A stretch of DNA of 64,000 nt from Lama glama (Eukaryota). The stretch spans positions 15,006,001 through 15,070,000 of the forward strand of contig CM052817.1 of NCBI GenBank assembly GCA_028534125.1, written 5' to 3'. Shown here in pieces: positions 36,006 to 48,972 of the stretch. Under the pieces are notes generated by a model. It saw only the letters and a program-made list of their open reading frames with translations, searched no databases and had not been told where the DNA came from. Both the position numbers and the translations under genes were made by a program. Numbering within the stretch: position 1 is the first letter of the stretch; every line of letters begins with the position of its first letter.

Positions 36006-37549
36006 CAAGTCTGGAAAGACAGTTTGGGATCCTTTATGTGGGACCACTGTAATTTTTTGACCTTAACTTCAAATTTACCATTTTTCTAATTTTCACGTGA
36101 TGATTTCCTACTTTCATGCTCTTTGTTCATTTTATTTTGTCTGCTGGGAATGTCCTTTTATTCTTCCTTTAAAGCTCAGATCAGGTGTCATCTTCCCAGA
36201 GAGTTTTCTCTCATGGAGTTAGGAAGAAGTGAGATATTTATATGTCAGGTAAACTTGTTCTTTGGGTTTTGATCAAACAGTGCTCCAGGGGTATGGAAAT
36301 GAAAGACGGCCTCTGCTTTTATGGGGCTTTCCATCCAGTGTGGCAGATAGGTGAGTAAATATGTAGCAGAGACATACATCTACACTAACATATTGAATCT
36401 CTCTCAGAGGTCGGTACAGCATTGGTGCTTCCAGATGTGTGCTAATATGGTTTGATATGACGTATGTGGGTGAATTTATGTATAGTGAAATTCACATGGC
36501 AGTGCTTGATCCCATGAACCCCGTCGGTTCCACTTTCTGGATTCAAGGTCCACATTTCATTCCACGAGCGCTAGGATGATGATTTGCCTATTGCTTTGAT
36601 CCCTGGAAGCCACTGTGATTTCTTGTGGAGAGTGAATATTCTGATTCTTTCCTTTCGACATGAAATTCGACATTCCTTGAATTAATTTCTTTCAGAAGAC
36701 ATCCCATGAAGCTCCATTTGAATATTTTTTAAATGTACCTAGTTAATTCCAGGATTAGAGTCCCTCCCCCAGCTAAGAAAAGAAAAATGTTAAAAGTTGA
36801 GATTATGGCTTACTATCTCTGTTTAGTGAAATTCAGCATACATTCATGAAAGGTTTAAGTTGAAGTTTTGTTGAAACAAAAACCAAAAAAGGAAACTGAC
36901 AAAGGTAGACTTTTTTACTTTTTTTTTTTTAATTCTCCAACTTGTCTGCCTAGGAACAGGGCTCCCTGCCAGACTGAGCCACCGTCAAACACACATACAA
37001 TTCAGAGAGACTTACAGTCTAATTTCTTTAGGGCTTCCACCTGTGCTCAATTAATGAACTGCAGAACTTGAAACCTGCTTTCCTTGAATCATTTTCTTTG
37101 TTGTTGCTTTTTTTTTTTTTTGTAACCTACTCTTTGCCTGACAAATGGAATGCCTAGGCAGTGTCCCTTGTGTGTGGCCACTACCCCCAATGACCCCAGT
37201 TGCACCAGTTTAACTCTTCCTTTTCTCATAACAGTGCTGGCTTACTCTCTGGTCCCTCTTTTCCTCAGTTCTTCCAACTTGAAAACCCTCGCTGGGGCCA
37301 CCAGATGGCTCCAGCTTAATTTTCAACCTTAACATCACACTTACTCCATTTTATCCTATCTGCTGATGGTCCTATCCCCTGGATTCTTGATTTTGCCCTC
37401 TTGCTAAGCTATCTTCTGCTACACAAAACTGGGCATCACTCCCTTGTTTAGCAAGGTACCAGATAGTCTAAACCTGCATATGTCCTTTTTCGTGTCTCTT
37501 GGAGTGATATGCTGAAGTGCTGATCTCTGGCACCTGGCACCCATGTTTA

Positions 37550-38083
37550 ACCACAGGATCTTTGCAGAAGTAATTGAGTTAAAATGAGGTCATGCTTGAT
37601 TAAGGGGAGCCCTTACTGAGTATGACTGTGTCCTTAAAAGAAGAGAAAATAGAAACACAGGGAGGACACCATGTGAAGACAGAGGCACATAGACACAGAG
37701 GAGAGAGTGCCATGTGAAGATGGAGGCAAAGATTGGAGTGATGTTGCTGCAAACCATAGAACGCTGGGAGTTACCATAAGTTTAAAGAGGCAAGGAACGA
37801 CTCTTCCCTAGAGTTTTTAGAGAGAACACGGTCCTGCCAACACCTTGGGTTTTTCTGGGGCGTGGTAATTAAGATTTATTTATTTTTTAGTGGAGGTACT
37901 GGAGATTGAACCCAGGACCTCATGCGTGTTAAGTACACACTCTACCACTGAGCTATACCCTACCCTCCGCACCTCAATACCGTGCTTTTGGACTCCTAGC
38001 TTCTAGAACTGTGAGAGAATTAATTTCTCTTAAGCCACTCAGTTTGTGTTAATTTGTTGCTGCAGTCGTAGGAAACTAATATA
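37550..38083 (+). mobile_element. MaLR LTR (MLT1B/C-like) interrupted by a SINE
   Basis: 'tctttgcagaagtaattgagttaaaatgaggtcat...catgtgaagatggaggcaaagattggagtgatg...tttgttgctgcagtcgtaggaaactaatata'. Confidence 0.9.
37850..37965 (-). mobile_element. tRNA-Ala-derived SINE (vic-1-like)
   Basis: Reverse complement gggtagggtatagctcagtggtagagtgtgtacttaacacgcatgaggtcctgggttcaatctccagtacctcca; degenerate TSD caacaccttg / caataccgtg. Confidence 0.9.
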
Positions 38084-38579
38084 GAAACTCAAACAAGATG
38101 TGGCCCAGTTGGCCCTGTGGTTGGGCACTGAACATCAAGAAAAGCAGAAACCATCTGTTCCAGCTCTCTGTTTGGAAATACTTTCTTATATTTTAATACC
38201 ACATTAGAGTTCACAGAACAGTTTCCACATATACCATCTTCACAATTCCATGGGTTTTGTACAACCCCTTAATCTTACAGGTGAGGTAATCGCTGAGGCT
38301 GGGTGTTGAGTGTCGTGATCAAAGTAACTCAGCTGGGAGATGGTGAGGTCCAGCTTCTGCTTGGTTCTTTTGACGACAAGCCCAGAGCATGTTCCACTAC
38401 CCTGTCATGGCTACCTGGTGTCGTGAAAAGAGGTCCCTCGAATAGACCTCACTGCGACCCTCTCCATTGTCTACGTGTATGCTGCTGGACAGGTGAGCTC
38501 AGGACTGAAATCAGAACCTGTGCTTAAGTAGGCTGGTGAAAGTAAGCAAGTACCAGGCTGTTTGGCATTGCTGATGTAG

Positions 38580-39252
38580 AATATGGCTCGAATGCATCTG
38601 CCCTCTCCATCTCCACTGCTACCACCTCATCCAAGAGCCTGTCCTCTCTCTGCAGCCTCCTCTTGGTCTGCTCTTGCTCGTGCCCCCAACAGCTGTTCTC
38701 AAAGCCAAAATGAGCATTCAAACATGAAGAATCATGTGACACTGGCTCCTGGTAGAGCCTTCCACTGTGTACAAAAGAATACATACCTTGAATTACAAGA
38801 TCCTGCCATCCTCTGATTTCATCTCATGTCTCTCTCGTCCCTTGTTTGCTGCATTTCAGCCTCACTGGTCTACTGTTTTTCCCCTGGAACACATGAAGGC
38901 CATACCCATGACCGGCCTTCCCATTAGCTCTTTCTTATGCCAGAGCGTTCACGCTGCAATTCAGATAATTCCTCTTTCGAGACATCTTTCCTAAATATCC
39001 TATCTAAACAGGTAATCCCTACCCTAGTCTTTCTCTACTCTTCTACTTTGTTTTCTTTTCCTCATAGAAATTGTTACAATTTCAAACAATCTTGTTTCCT
39101 AATTTATTTTCTTGCTTTATTGACTATCTCCCTTACAAGTCTCTAAGGTTCATGAGTGCCAAACTGTGTCTTCCTTTTTCTGTGCTGTATGCCGGGAACT
39201 TAAAGGAGGGTCTGATAGATAGTAAATGCTCGACAAAGTTTTGCTGAATGAA
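38580..39252 (+). mobile_element. L2 LINE 3' fragment
   Basis: 'ctctccatctccactgctaccacc...' through the L2 terminus 'tagtaaatgctcgacaaagttttgctgaatgaa'. Confidence 0.8.
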
Positions 39253-39261
39253 CAGCAAATG

Positions 39262-39455
39262 TAATAAGTAATAGTAGCCAAGTTTTACCGAGCTTACCAC
39301 GCATCAGATACTGATGCAGTCCTTACATGAACAATGTCGTTCACAGCAACCCAGTGAGTTTAGAAAGGATTCTTCACCCCCTTGTTAGAGATGAGACCTT
39401 GATGCAGAGATAAAAGGACATGCTTAAGGTCACACAGCTGGTGAATGACAAGCTG
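39262..39455 (-). mobile_element. MIR SINE
   Basis: 'tcacagcaacccagtgag...ttagagatgagaccttgatgcagaga...tgcttaaggtcacacagctggtgaatgaca'. Confidence 0.75.
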
Positions 39456-42400
39456 ATTCTCTTGTAGCAACACTCCCTTCTCAGATTGTGCACAAAACTT
39501 GAGTGGGCTCTCTCAAGGCAGTCAAGGACCATTTCAGAAAGCAAATGTTAGGCATTAAGGCAATGAGTTTTTCTTTTTTATGGGGGTTGACCAGCTCTGT
39601 ACTCAAATCCAGGGCCACAGTTTAGTACACGGAGTCAGGAAAATAGCCCTATTCTTGGCAGTGCCACTGTTTTTAGGGCTTCATTCTGACATCATTTGCT
39701 TTGGTGTTTTATGGATAGGGGTTGGGGGAACATGTTCCAAACAAATCAGTGGATCCCCTGACAGTTGAGAATTCTTAGAAACAAAGAGGGTCATGGTAGA
39801 GTGTCATTCAACACTTCCCCTCCTCTTCATATGCCTCCCATTAATTTCCACTCCTGCGGTAGCAGAGCTGGCTGGGACACAGGCTCCATTTAGCAAAACG
39901 ATGAAACACAAACGTTTATTGAGACTGTGCTTCGAATCAACAGGGTTTTCCTCGGATTGAGTTGCCGCCAATTATCCTCCATGCAATTATGGCGATCCCA
40001 GAAGCAAGCAGATGGGGAAGAGTTTTGTTTTCAAATGGAGGAGAAACCAATATGTAGGAAGAAAAGGCAGCTTGTTCATTTGAACAGACTCCAGGTGGCT
40101 GGTCGCCAAAAGGCGTAGAGCTGGGGAGCCAGGTCTGGCCTGGGATCAGTCCGGCTGCCCGCAGACCAGAGGAACCAGCGGGCTGGCGGGCTCTGCCTCT
40201 CCACTCATCATGCTTGTCTGCCATCAGCCAGCTTGGCCGGGAGAGTGGAGGCCAAGGGAGAGGCAGCCCAGAGAGGTCCTCGGAGGTCAGGCTCCTGAAC
40301 TTGACGCCATCGGAACATCAAGTTCTGCTATTGTGTTGTCATTCAACAGTCACATGTTGGTGTGTTTTATTAGAGAAGAAAATTCAAGAAAAGACACACA
40401 AAAGCCCAAGCCATATGGCAGGCCTCCTGGGAAAGCTTTGATCATTTGGAGTTTTCACAAAACCTAAAATGATATTTCCCCTTTCTTAAGGATCAGAGGG
40501 TCCTCAGCTTCTTGCTGGACTCTGCCTCTTGAGACTACTGTTCAAAAGAGAACCAAGGATGCTGTCAACTGGTTACTGTAATTATTTCTGTCTGGGTTTT
40601 TATTTATAATTATATAGGGCACCTAGGGCGACATCAAAAATAGTCAATGTTGTCAGTTCCAGGATCATCAATGCTTTGAGGGGATTTGTTCCTTTGACAA
40701 GGAGGAAGCATTCTCAAATGGAAACAAATCCAAGGCACATAGTATGGAGTGTGGACATGACTTACTCAATAAATTAATTGCTGTGAAAAAGGCACAATTA
40801 TATGAGGGAAATTTCCATGCAAAAATCAGCTCAACCTATAAGCCAGATAAAGGTGGTTAGAATTTTAGTTTTCGCCCACATAGCAAATAAGGACTTGCGA
40901 TCCTGTTTCAAAAGAGTAGCCATTTTTCCTAGATTAAGGAGGTGACAACATTTTTATATGACCTCAGTTCTAGGCCCTATTGGGTCACATTTAGCTGTGT
41001 AGCTTTGGTCAAATCCTTTATCCTGTCTGGGACTTGATTTCTCCCTCTAGATAAAGGGAGCACTCCAACATTCTAGGCGAGTTTTACTCGTGGACCCTGA
41101 AAGCATGCGTTTTTGGTTAGAGGGAAAAAACACCCTGATAAATGCTGGGCTTTTTAAGGGGCGGGTCCACTCCGTAAGCACCTAAATAAGATTCTCAGAG
41201 AGCATATTGATGGCTTCGCAAATGATTGCAATTGCACATCCTTTACCCGACTAAATATTGTGCAGATATACAGGCACATGCAAAGCTGAGTCTAGCCATA
41301 CAACCACGTGTACGAGATGGATGGTGTCTATTTCGATGGTAAGGGGAAGAAAAGCCCAGGAAACCTCTTCGCGGCAGGAAGCAATTTTGGAAGTGCTGCA
41401 AAAGACAATGATATTGTTCTTGGTTTAATAGGTGATCTACCCCATGAAATAAAGCTGCAGGGCCACGTTTGTCTTGGTTAATAATGTCAGCGGAATGAGG
41501 AGGTTTAGCTGTAATAACAGTAATAACTGTGTCGATGTAACTGCCGGGGCTGAATTTCCATCTGCAGCCTCATAATATATGACCTTTGTTATGCCTCTAC
41601 CTGTTGATTTTTTAAAGCAAAATTGGCTTGTCTGTTCTGCTCAGGGAACAGAGGCTGAAATAGTCCATTTTCCCTGGATAAATCAAGGTCTTGTGGGTGG
41701 TGATTTAATCTCACAGGTGTCTTTTAGGACTTGATTAAAATTGCAGAGAAAGGGATTTAGACATTAACAAATATATTGTTACTCAGATACTGAATCAGGT
41801 GGGTTTAAAGCTGGACTTTTTTATTCACTCTTGTCTTTCATCACCTTCCTTTGTTTTTTTTTTCATAAAACAAATACTGACACCTGAGTTTTCTTCCTAT
41901 GACGTTTTCTCTGTTCTCTCCTGATAGAGTTAACTATTCCCTACTCTTGGAATATGTTTTCTTATTACGCCTGTCATACCGTTTTGTAATGTATTTGTTA
42001 ATACGTCTTGTCTCCATCCCTGGGCTCTGGGTTCTCTGGAGGTGGAGACTGGGTCGTGCCCATCTCTGGATCTCTGTGGCTCCACCTGGAGCCTGGCTGA
42101 AGTGCAATACATTTTAGAAGTGCAATGGAATATTCTGCCGAATGCCTTTTTTCCCCCAAAATGTTTTCACACAATATGAACTCACCTGGGGCTCTTACTC
42201 ACCTAAAGCGGTGGTCAGGAGAGGTAACGGGGTAGAACCAGCTGAGATTAAGTGAGGTGTGTGGACTTGAAATTGGTTGAGTCACTCAAGATTTTCTAAC
42301 TAATTAGTAGTTAGAGGTCAGAGCTCTTGTTTTCTGATGACTAGCTTGAGCTCAGGCTGGCCCACAGGGGATGGGTAACCACGGGATATGCAGGGTGACA

Positions 42401-42894
42401 GACACCTTTGTCATTATGGTTTCCTCGTTACCACACCCACACTAATATGCCATTTTATTTATTTTCCTTTCTATCCCATCTTCCTTTCTCTCTACTAGCT
42501 TTGTTATTAATATTTTGAAAAATCTCCTTCCATGTTGTTCCCCTCACTACCACTTCCCTCTACCCTCTTTTATCTCTCTCCCCCCATCAGAGCCCTTAAG
42601 GCTGGGACACATGTTTAGCTTTAACAATGTGACACGCTCCCTGGCAGGCCGCATCACACAGATCTGACCTTCTCAAACTTGAGGTCTTCGGATGGGGAGC
42701 TCGAGAAGCCCTGAGGTAGGCACGTTGAAATAAAACTGTGACTGACAGTATGCCTGATGCCACAAAGAGGGTATGATTACAGAAGAGGATGGGCTGCACG
42801 TGCAACAACTTCAGAGGACACTGAGCTCCGTAGAGGGGACTTGGGGGGATCTGTGGAGGAGGAGAAACTTCGGTTGGGCCTGGAAGGGTCCAGC

Positions 42895-43250
42895 TGAGCT
42901 CTGGAGTCAGTCAGCTTGGGTTTCAGTCTTGCCTCCAGCACTGACCGGCTGAGTGAGCTTGGGCAAAGTAATTATTCCTTCCAAGCCTTAGTTTCTCTAA
43001 GGGCGGGATGGTGACAATAATCAGCACACTGTTTGATACTGTAAGGATTCAAAAAGACAGTGAGGGGAGAGGGTGTAGCTCAGTGGTAGAGTGCGTGCTT
43101 GGCATGCACGAGGTCCTGGGTTCAATCCCCAGTCCCTCCATTAAATAAACAAACAAACAAACCTAATTACCTGCCCCCCCCCAAAGACAATGAAAGTAAA
43201 GGGCATAGATCAGAGCTGGGCTTATGGCCAGGGTTCTGTTCGGGTTAACT
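42895..43250 (+). mobile_element. MIR SINE interrupted by a tRNA-Ala SINE
   Basis: 'gctctggagtcagtcagcttgggttt...gagcttgggcaaagta...agccttagtttctc'. Confidence 0.75.
43064..43182 (+). mobile_element. tRNA-Ala-derived SINE (vic-1-like) with 11-bp TSD
   Basis: gggtgtagctcagtggtagagtgcgtgcttggcatgcacgaggtcctgggttcaatccccagtccctcca plus tail; TSD aaagacagtga (43053-43063) / aaagacaatga (43183-43193). Confidence 0.95.
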
Positions 43251-43951
43251 CTCACTCTTAAGAAGTTGATGATACGTTATTTTCGTGGCATGCATGGGCA
43301 CAGGCCCTTTATAGAGAATAACACAAAATTTACCTGAGCCTCTGAATTTCTGTGATAAAACATAAACCCTCGCTGAAGCTTTGAACCTGTGAAGAGAGGC
43401 AGCTTCGAGCAATCTCCAGGCCTGAATGTTCCTCTGACTTGATGGGCCCTGGCCCCACGGAATGGTTTAGAGGAGGGACTGGAATGGGCAGATCACAGCC
43501 AAAGACATGGCAGAGGAGACAGCAGAGCTCCTAGGTCCTAGCTGGGGAGCTACCAAGGCTTTTGGGGAGAGGGCGGTCACGCTGGGTAGTCCAACAGGCA
43601 CAGCCACACAGCTGTGTGCCCTGGCCCCTTTTACAACAAGACCGTGGGCAGCTTCCACTTGTGCTCAGCGATCCCCTCCTTGCTTCCTTTTCGAGTCTCT
43701 TACACGCAGAACCTCGAACACCCAGCTCTCCCTAGCTGCTCTGACGGGTGCCTCTTCCGCACTATTGTGCTCACCCATCTATGCTTGTCCGTCTAGTTCA
43801 GAACACTGTCTGTCCATCGCATCCTCCACCTCTGTCCCTGCCTCCAGCTTTACTTCTATTCCAAGAGGAGTAAGTAAATCTAATAAATTAATTTGTGATA
43901 TGTAACCCATGAGGGATACTGCATGCATCATGCTACGTCTTCAAGGAAATA

Positions 43952-44589
43952 GAGTTGATTCCTGTTACTTGCGGTAGTTACCATCCAGAAAGTTGCTGTG
44001 AACACTGAGTTGGAGGACGCTGAACCATTGCTCCCAGGGGAAATACAGAGTTAGGTTCTTGCGAGTCTCGGGTCACATGTTTGTCAACCATTCAGTACAT
44101 AACCTTGTTTTATGTGTGTTTCTGTTCACAGACACCTCATTTAATATATATTGTTGATTCATTAACATTGAACTCAAAGCCAGCAGCCCTATAAGTCATG
44201 CACGAATGAAGCTTACCCAACGCGTGCATTTGCTCACACCATAGCCTTCTTGCGCTTAGGAGCCCAAGACAGAACTTTAGCACTACACTCAGGGGGGCCA
44301 TTTTCAACAGCACAATCACCAACAACAAAAAAAGAAAAATGTGAAAAGTACAGCACTAACTAAACAGATGCTGGAAAGGACGCTTGTTTACAGGACGGGA
44401 GCTAACGCAGAAGGCAGAGCATCGCCTTGTTGGACGGCAGCTGGGAGCGCGAATGTGGGGCAACTCGAATTTCATGTCGCCCTGCCCACGTCTGCAAATG
44501 GCCACAAAGGCTCTGCAAGCACTGATTTTGGCCAATAAACTTCAGGCAAATTCACAAGTATGGAGTTGGCAAATAATGAGGATCGGATC
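43952..44589 (-). mobile_element. TcMar-Tigger non-autonomous element (MER82-like)
   Basis: About 640 bp with inverted ends 'gagttgattcctgttacttgcgg' / 'gcaaataatgaggatcg', a TA on the left flank, and internal 'gaaggcagagcatcgccttgtt'. Confidence 0.8.
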
Positions 44590-47500
44590 CACGTGCAGAA
44601 TTCAGGCTACAGAAGAGCATCTCTTCTTGGATGTTGGGACTGAATACCCTCTGCAGGTTCAATGACATATAACTGTCGAAGGAATATTGGTCTGTAGTTT
44701 CCAAATTGTGTGCACGTCTGCTTTACAGCGTGGTTAACATCCAGTTGTGCTGGCCTCCCCCTGGTTAGTTCAGGCAACTCAACCTCTTTGAATCACAGCT
44801 TATCTATGAAATATAAATTTTGGGAACTCATGCTAGTATTTACATTTAGCCCTCAGAAAGTTTTTGGGAAGGCTGAATACTCTATGTAAAGGGGCTACCA
44901 GACAATCATATCTGGATGCATTGTAAGAACTGGAAACGCTTGTCAATTATATTTTGCCTCTATCTTTGTTTTTTAATTTTTTTTCCTTCAATACCTAGCT
45001 AAACCTGATCTGTCCTTTAAAGCTCAACTGAAGTTTCTCCTCCATGATTTCATTCCAGAGTCCTTCTGGAGGGCTCAGCGTCCACTGAAATCATAGCACT
45101 GGTTATTCATACCCCTCGAGAATCATCTGCCACCTTATGGAATCAGTCGTATCATCATTCACATTTTTGTCTATTTTTGCCTTATTTTCTCTGTTACATG
45201 TGCATAAAACACGTTTCAATATCGAGAATGTGCAACACTCCATGCAATGATCTTTGCGGTCTCCAACCTCAAAGAACTCAAGACCTTGGAATCACTTCAG
45301 ATTATTTTCACATTTGCTTAGTGCTTTCTAATGTCCTCCTTACACATCTTTGCCTCATCTGTTTTTCCACATTTACGTCTTTTTACAAGGTGGGTAGGGC
45401 CATGTTTGATATCTCCGTTTTATAGATGGGCAGGCTGATCTCAGAGAAGAGAAATAAATTCTAGCAACCCAAGGGCAGTGTTGATGATGATGATGATGGT
45501 GGTGATGATAACACATCACCTGCAGGGAGACACTTGTTGGTGCCCTGATGTTTGTATAAATTCTTTTAATCAGTGAACTCCAATTTCCCTGGGAAAAGCT
45601 TTGAAAAGTTCTTCTCTGTTCCAAGTTAGCCACCAGCTGATGTGTGGGTTCTTTATCATTACCACTCTGATATGACAGTGAACACTCCAGCAGGGGGATC
45701 TGCCAAAGATTCCAGCCAAAATCTGACAGTAACTACTTGAAATTCCAATTCTGATGTTGATTTTAGTCATTAAAACAACTACAACATCATGGACCATTGC
45801 ACAGAAAGAAAGAGGGAGGCTGGAGAAAGAGAGCCGAGAGCAGAAAACACAGCAGGAAACAGTTACGATGTAAACTATTTGTATCCCATGCCTCTGGTCA
45901 TCCTTCTTTGAGTTCATACTGAGCTGGGCTTTCTCTGTCTCTGCATTCAGAGCTTTCACTTTTCTAATATCAGACATTTAAACCTTTGTTCCAATTTAGG
46001 TCAGACTCACTCAAGCAGAACCCCGAGTTAATGTGTAAATTTCTCCCTAGGGTATCCCTCATTTTGGAATGAAAGGCTTAGTCCCATCTTAAAAGAATCT
46101 CAGGCATTAGTGAGCAGGCCTGGGGGTGGGGAGTTAGCTAGGAGAAATTTCCAAGTATCATTCCAAGAAAATATCACGCGTATCAATAGAGTATACTCTG
46201 CTTTGTCCTTTTTGTGTCTCAATGTTTGTAATATTTTCTATTATTCAACCATCTGTCTCTTAGTCTGTCATTTGTAAAGGAGCTGAATGGGAAAAGAGTG
46301 TCCTCCTGGGTCTCTTTTAGTCCTGACATTCTTAAGGTTCCAGGATTCCTCTTTCTTATGTGCTCATTATTCTTTTCAAACTCTTAACACCTTTTTGTTC
46401 ATGTTATCATTATTTTAAAGTTATTACACAGAAGGATTAAAAAAAGAAAATTCTCTCTCCTTGCCCCTTCACTCCTTCCCCTGTCCACTCCTCATAACCA
46501 TTGTTGACCAATGTCTTGAACTATCAATCTTGAACAATATCTATTGACACCCACTGCAAACACCTATGGAAAGGTAAGACATTCGTTCCTTATCCATGCC
46601 TTCTGCATTTCTTTCCAGTTTTTAATTAGTAAGCTATTAATCTTCAGTTTGTCTCTTGGTTGTCTTTGCACATTTAAATAATGTGCTTCAACTTCTATTT
46701 CTTGGTCCATCCACTCTAGTGAGACAGGGGTCCTTGTTTCTGTTTTAGATGCTGTTGGAAGAAAATTGTCCCTGCTGGAGTCATCTTGGTAACAGACCAA
46801 GCTTGGTTTTCGCACTGTAAGAGCAGTGCATCCAGGAGAACTACCTGTCACTAGGTTGGAGATAAAAACTCTGGGCCCAAGACACATCGGGAACCAATAT
46901 CATAGAAGATGTAGTAAAGTTAAAACTGATCAACTCAGGGTAAAAAAAAAAAAAAAAAACAAAAAAAAAAAAACAAAAAAACGTGATAAACAGTAATTGG
47001 GAAAATCGCTCACTTAAAAAAGAAACACTATCCAACAATGAGCCGAATTAGCACCTCTATTGATTCTTGGAAGTATTTTCTCCCATTTAACCTACTCAGA
47101 TCAATTAGCTTGGCATCTGCCTCCAACTTCATATATCAATACAACTGTTTTCTCCCCAGCCTAACTGCTACTTAGGAGATAATGGGAGGGGTGGGCCATT
47201 TTACAAGACAATAACATGGCTCCTGGAGAAATAAATCTAGAGGCTGACGGAATCAGATTTATTTCTGAAGAAAGTGGTACATCCCTCCCATGGTGCCTAA
47301 TACACCGGTGGTTAAACAATTAACTTTATTTTTGGATACAAAGTTAATTACTTTGAAAAGTCAGTGAGGCTACCATTGACAAACACTACCCTTAACACCC
47401 TAGGAAATAACAAGGCAGCCGCTCAGAACTGCTAAATTGGCAGCATTTGACATTTGTTATCGCAGGAATTACGGTCTTCCCGTGAAGTTAACTGATCTTT

Positions 47501-47779
47501 CTCATCTTAATTGAACCTTAGCAGGGCAGGCTTTAGACGTTACCTGGAGGTGGAGGCTGAGAACCCCACTATTTTCCTTCTTAGGCCCTGTGAATATTCC
47601 CCAAATATCTGGATTAGCTGTCAAGCACCTTTCTCTCAATTCTTAAATCCCTTGATTTTTAAATTCTATTTAGGATCTAGGCTGGCCCTGAATGTCAAAG
47701 AGCACTATCACAATGGCCAGCGAGTGAACTGAAACTCGATTTGCTTTCTGCAAAATTTAGCTTCCTGTTAGGAGCCAGG

Positions 47780-48130
47780 GGTCACAAACAATAGGGAAGT
47801 CATTGAACACATGTGCTATCCAGTGTCAGATTTCTATGGCCATTAAAAATAATGTCTGAAAATAATGTTGACTGATAAGCAAAAATGCTGCAATATGTAG
47901 TTAGGTGTGAAAAGGCAAAATGCCAAACTACCCTGTTTCTTGAAAACTACTGCATATGGATCACCTAAAAAAAAAAAAAAAAAGAAAGAAATATATTACG
48001 TTTATCTCGTTTATCTCCAGAAAGTGGATTTATGAGTGGTTTTCAATCTTTCTTTACATTTTCCTGCATTTTTTCAAACATTTACCCCACATACATATCT
48101 TTATTATCTGAAGAAATAGACTGTTTCTTA
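47780..48130 (+). mobile_element. Old L1 (L1ME-like) 3' fragment
   Basis: 'ctatggccattaaaaataatg...ggatttatgagtggttttcaatctttctttacatt'. Confidence 0.55.
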
Positions 48131-48602
48131 AATAATTAAAGGGACACTGAAGGCTTAGAAACTGAAGGGCTCCAAGTCTTCAGCCCACACCCTTTTCTAC
48201 CTACTGTTTTGCAAACTACTTCAGGTCAGGAGCTGGATGGCTCTACATTTCTCTTTTCTTTGCCATTAAAAAACAAACAAACAAACTGATATCTACTTTT
48301 CTTTGTCAAAGAGACACAAGATAAAGGGTGATAGAATGATGTCTATTGCAATGTGCATCACCTAGGAGGACAAAGTTTTATATAGTCTTTCAATATTGTG
48401 TTTCCTAAGTTATGGTGGGTCAGTGTGAGGTCCCCACGAGGAGGCAGAGGGCATTTCCACAAGGGATCACAGACAAGAGTTTCATGAAGGGGTTGGTTAT
48501 TTACAAAGATGGCGGAAGGCTTCAGGGAGACCCACAAGGACAGTGGACCGGGGAGAGTGCTGGTTATAGGAGAGCCTGGATGGAAGTAGTCACTGCCGGT
48601 CT

Positions 48603-48972
48603 TTGTTGTGATAGGCGGACAATGGAACACTACGGTGCAGTAAACTGTAATGAACTATTGATAGACTCAACAACATAGATAAATCTCAGAATAATCATAT
48701 TGAACAAAAGAGTTCAGACTCAATGCCTCTATTTCTATTAAATTCTAATCAAGGTGGAACTAATCTGTACTGACGGAAATCAGATCCTTGGCGGCCAGGG
48801 CCTGGGAGGGCAGGCGCTGCCTGCAAGGGGGAGACCGCGTAACATTCCGTGCTGTTGCGGAGTGTTCTTTCTTGATTGTGGTGGTGATTACATAGGTGGG
48901 CACTTTTGTGAAAACTAACTGAGCAGTACAAGGGAAGGGGCTCTTATGATATGTAAATAAGGTTGATAAAAA
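48603..48972 (+). mobile_element. Old L1 (L1MB/ME-like) 3' end
   Basis: 'acaatggaacactac...caacaacatagataaatctcaga...cttgattgtggtggtgattacatagg...aaggttgataaaaa'. Confidence 0.8.

Noticed and set aside
43069..43140. Functional tRNA-Ala gene
   Set aside because: It has a SINE tail and TSD, a broken acceptor stem, and two sibling copies in the window.
43507..43905. 132-aa Ser/Thr/Ala-rich ORF
   Set aside because: It lies in locally GC-richer, partly repeat-like sequence with few stop codons, and I recognise no homology.
45373..45633. ORF with a poly-His run
   Set aside because: It arises from a short (GAT/GGT)n repeat at about 45483-45509.
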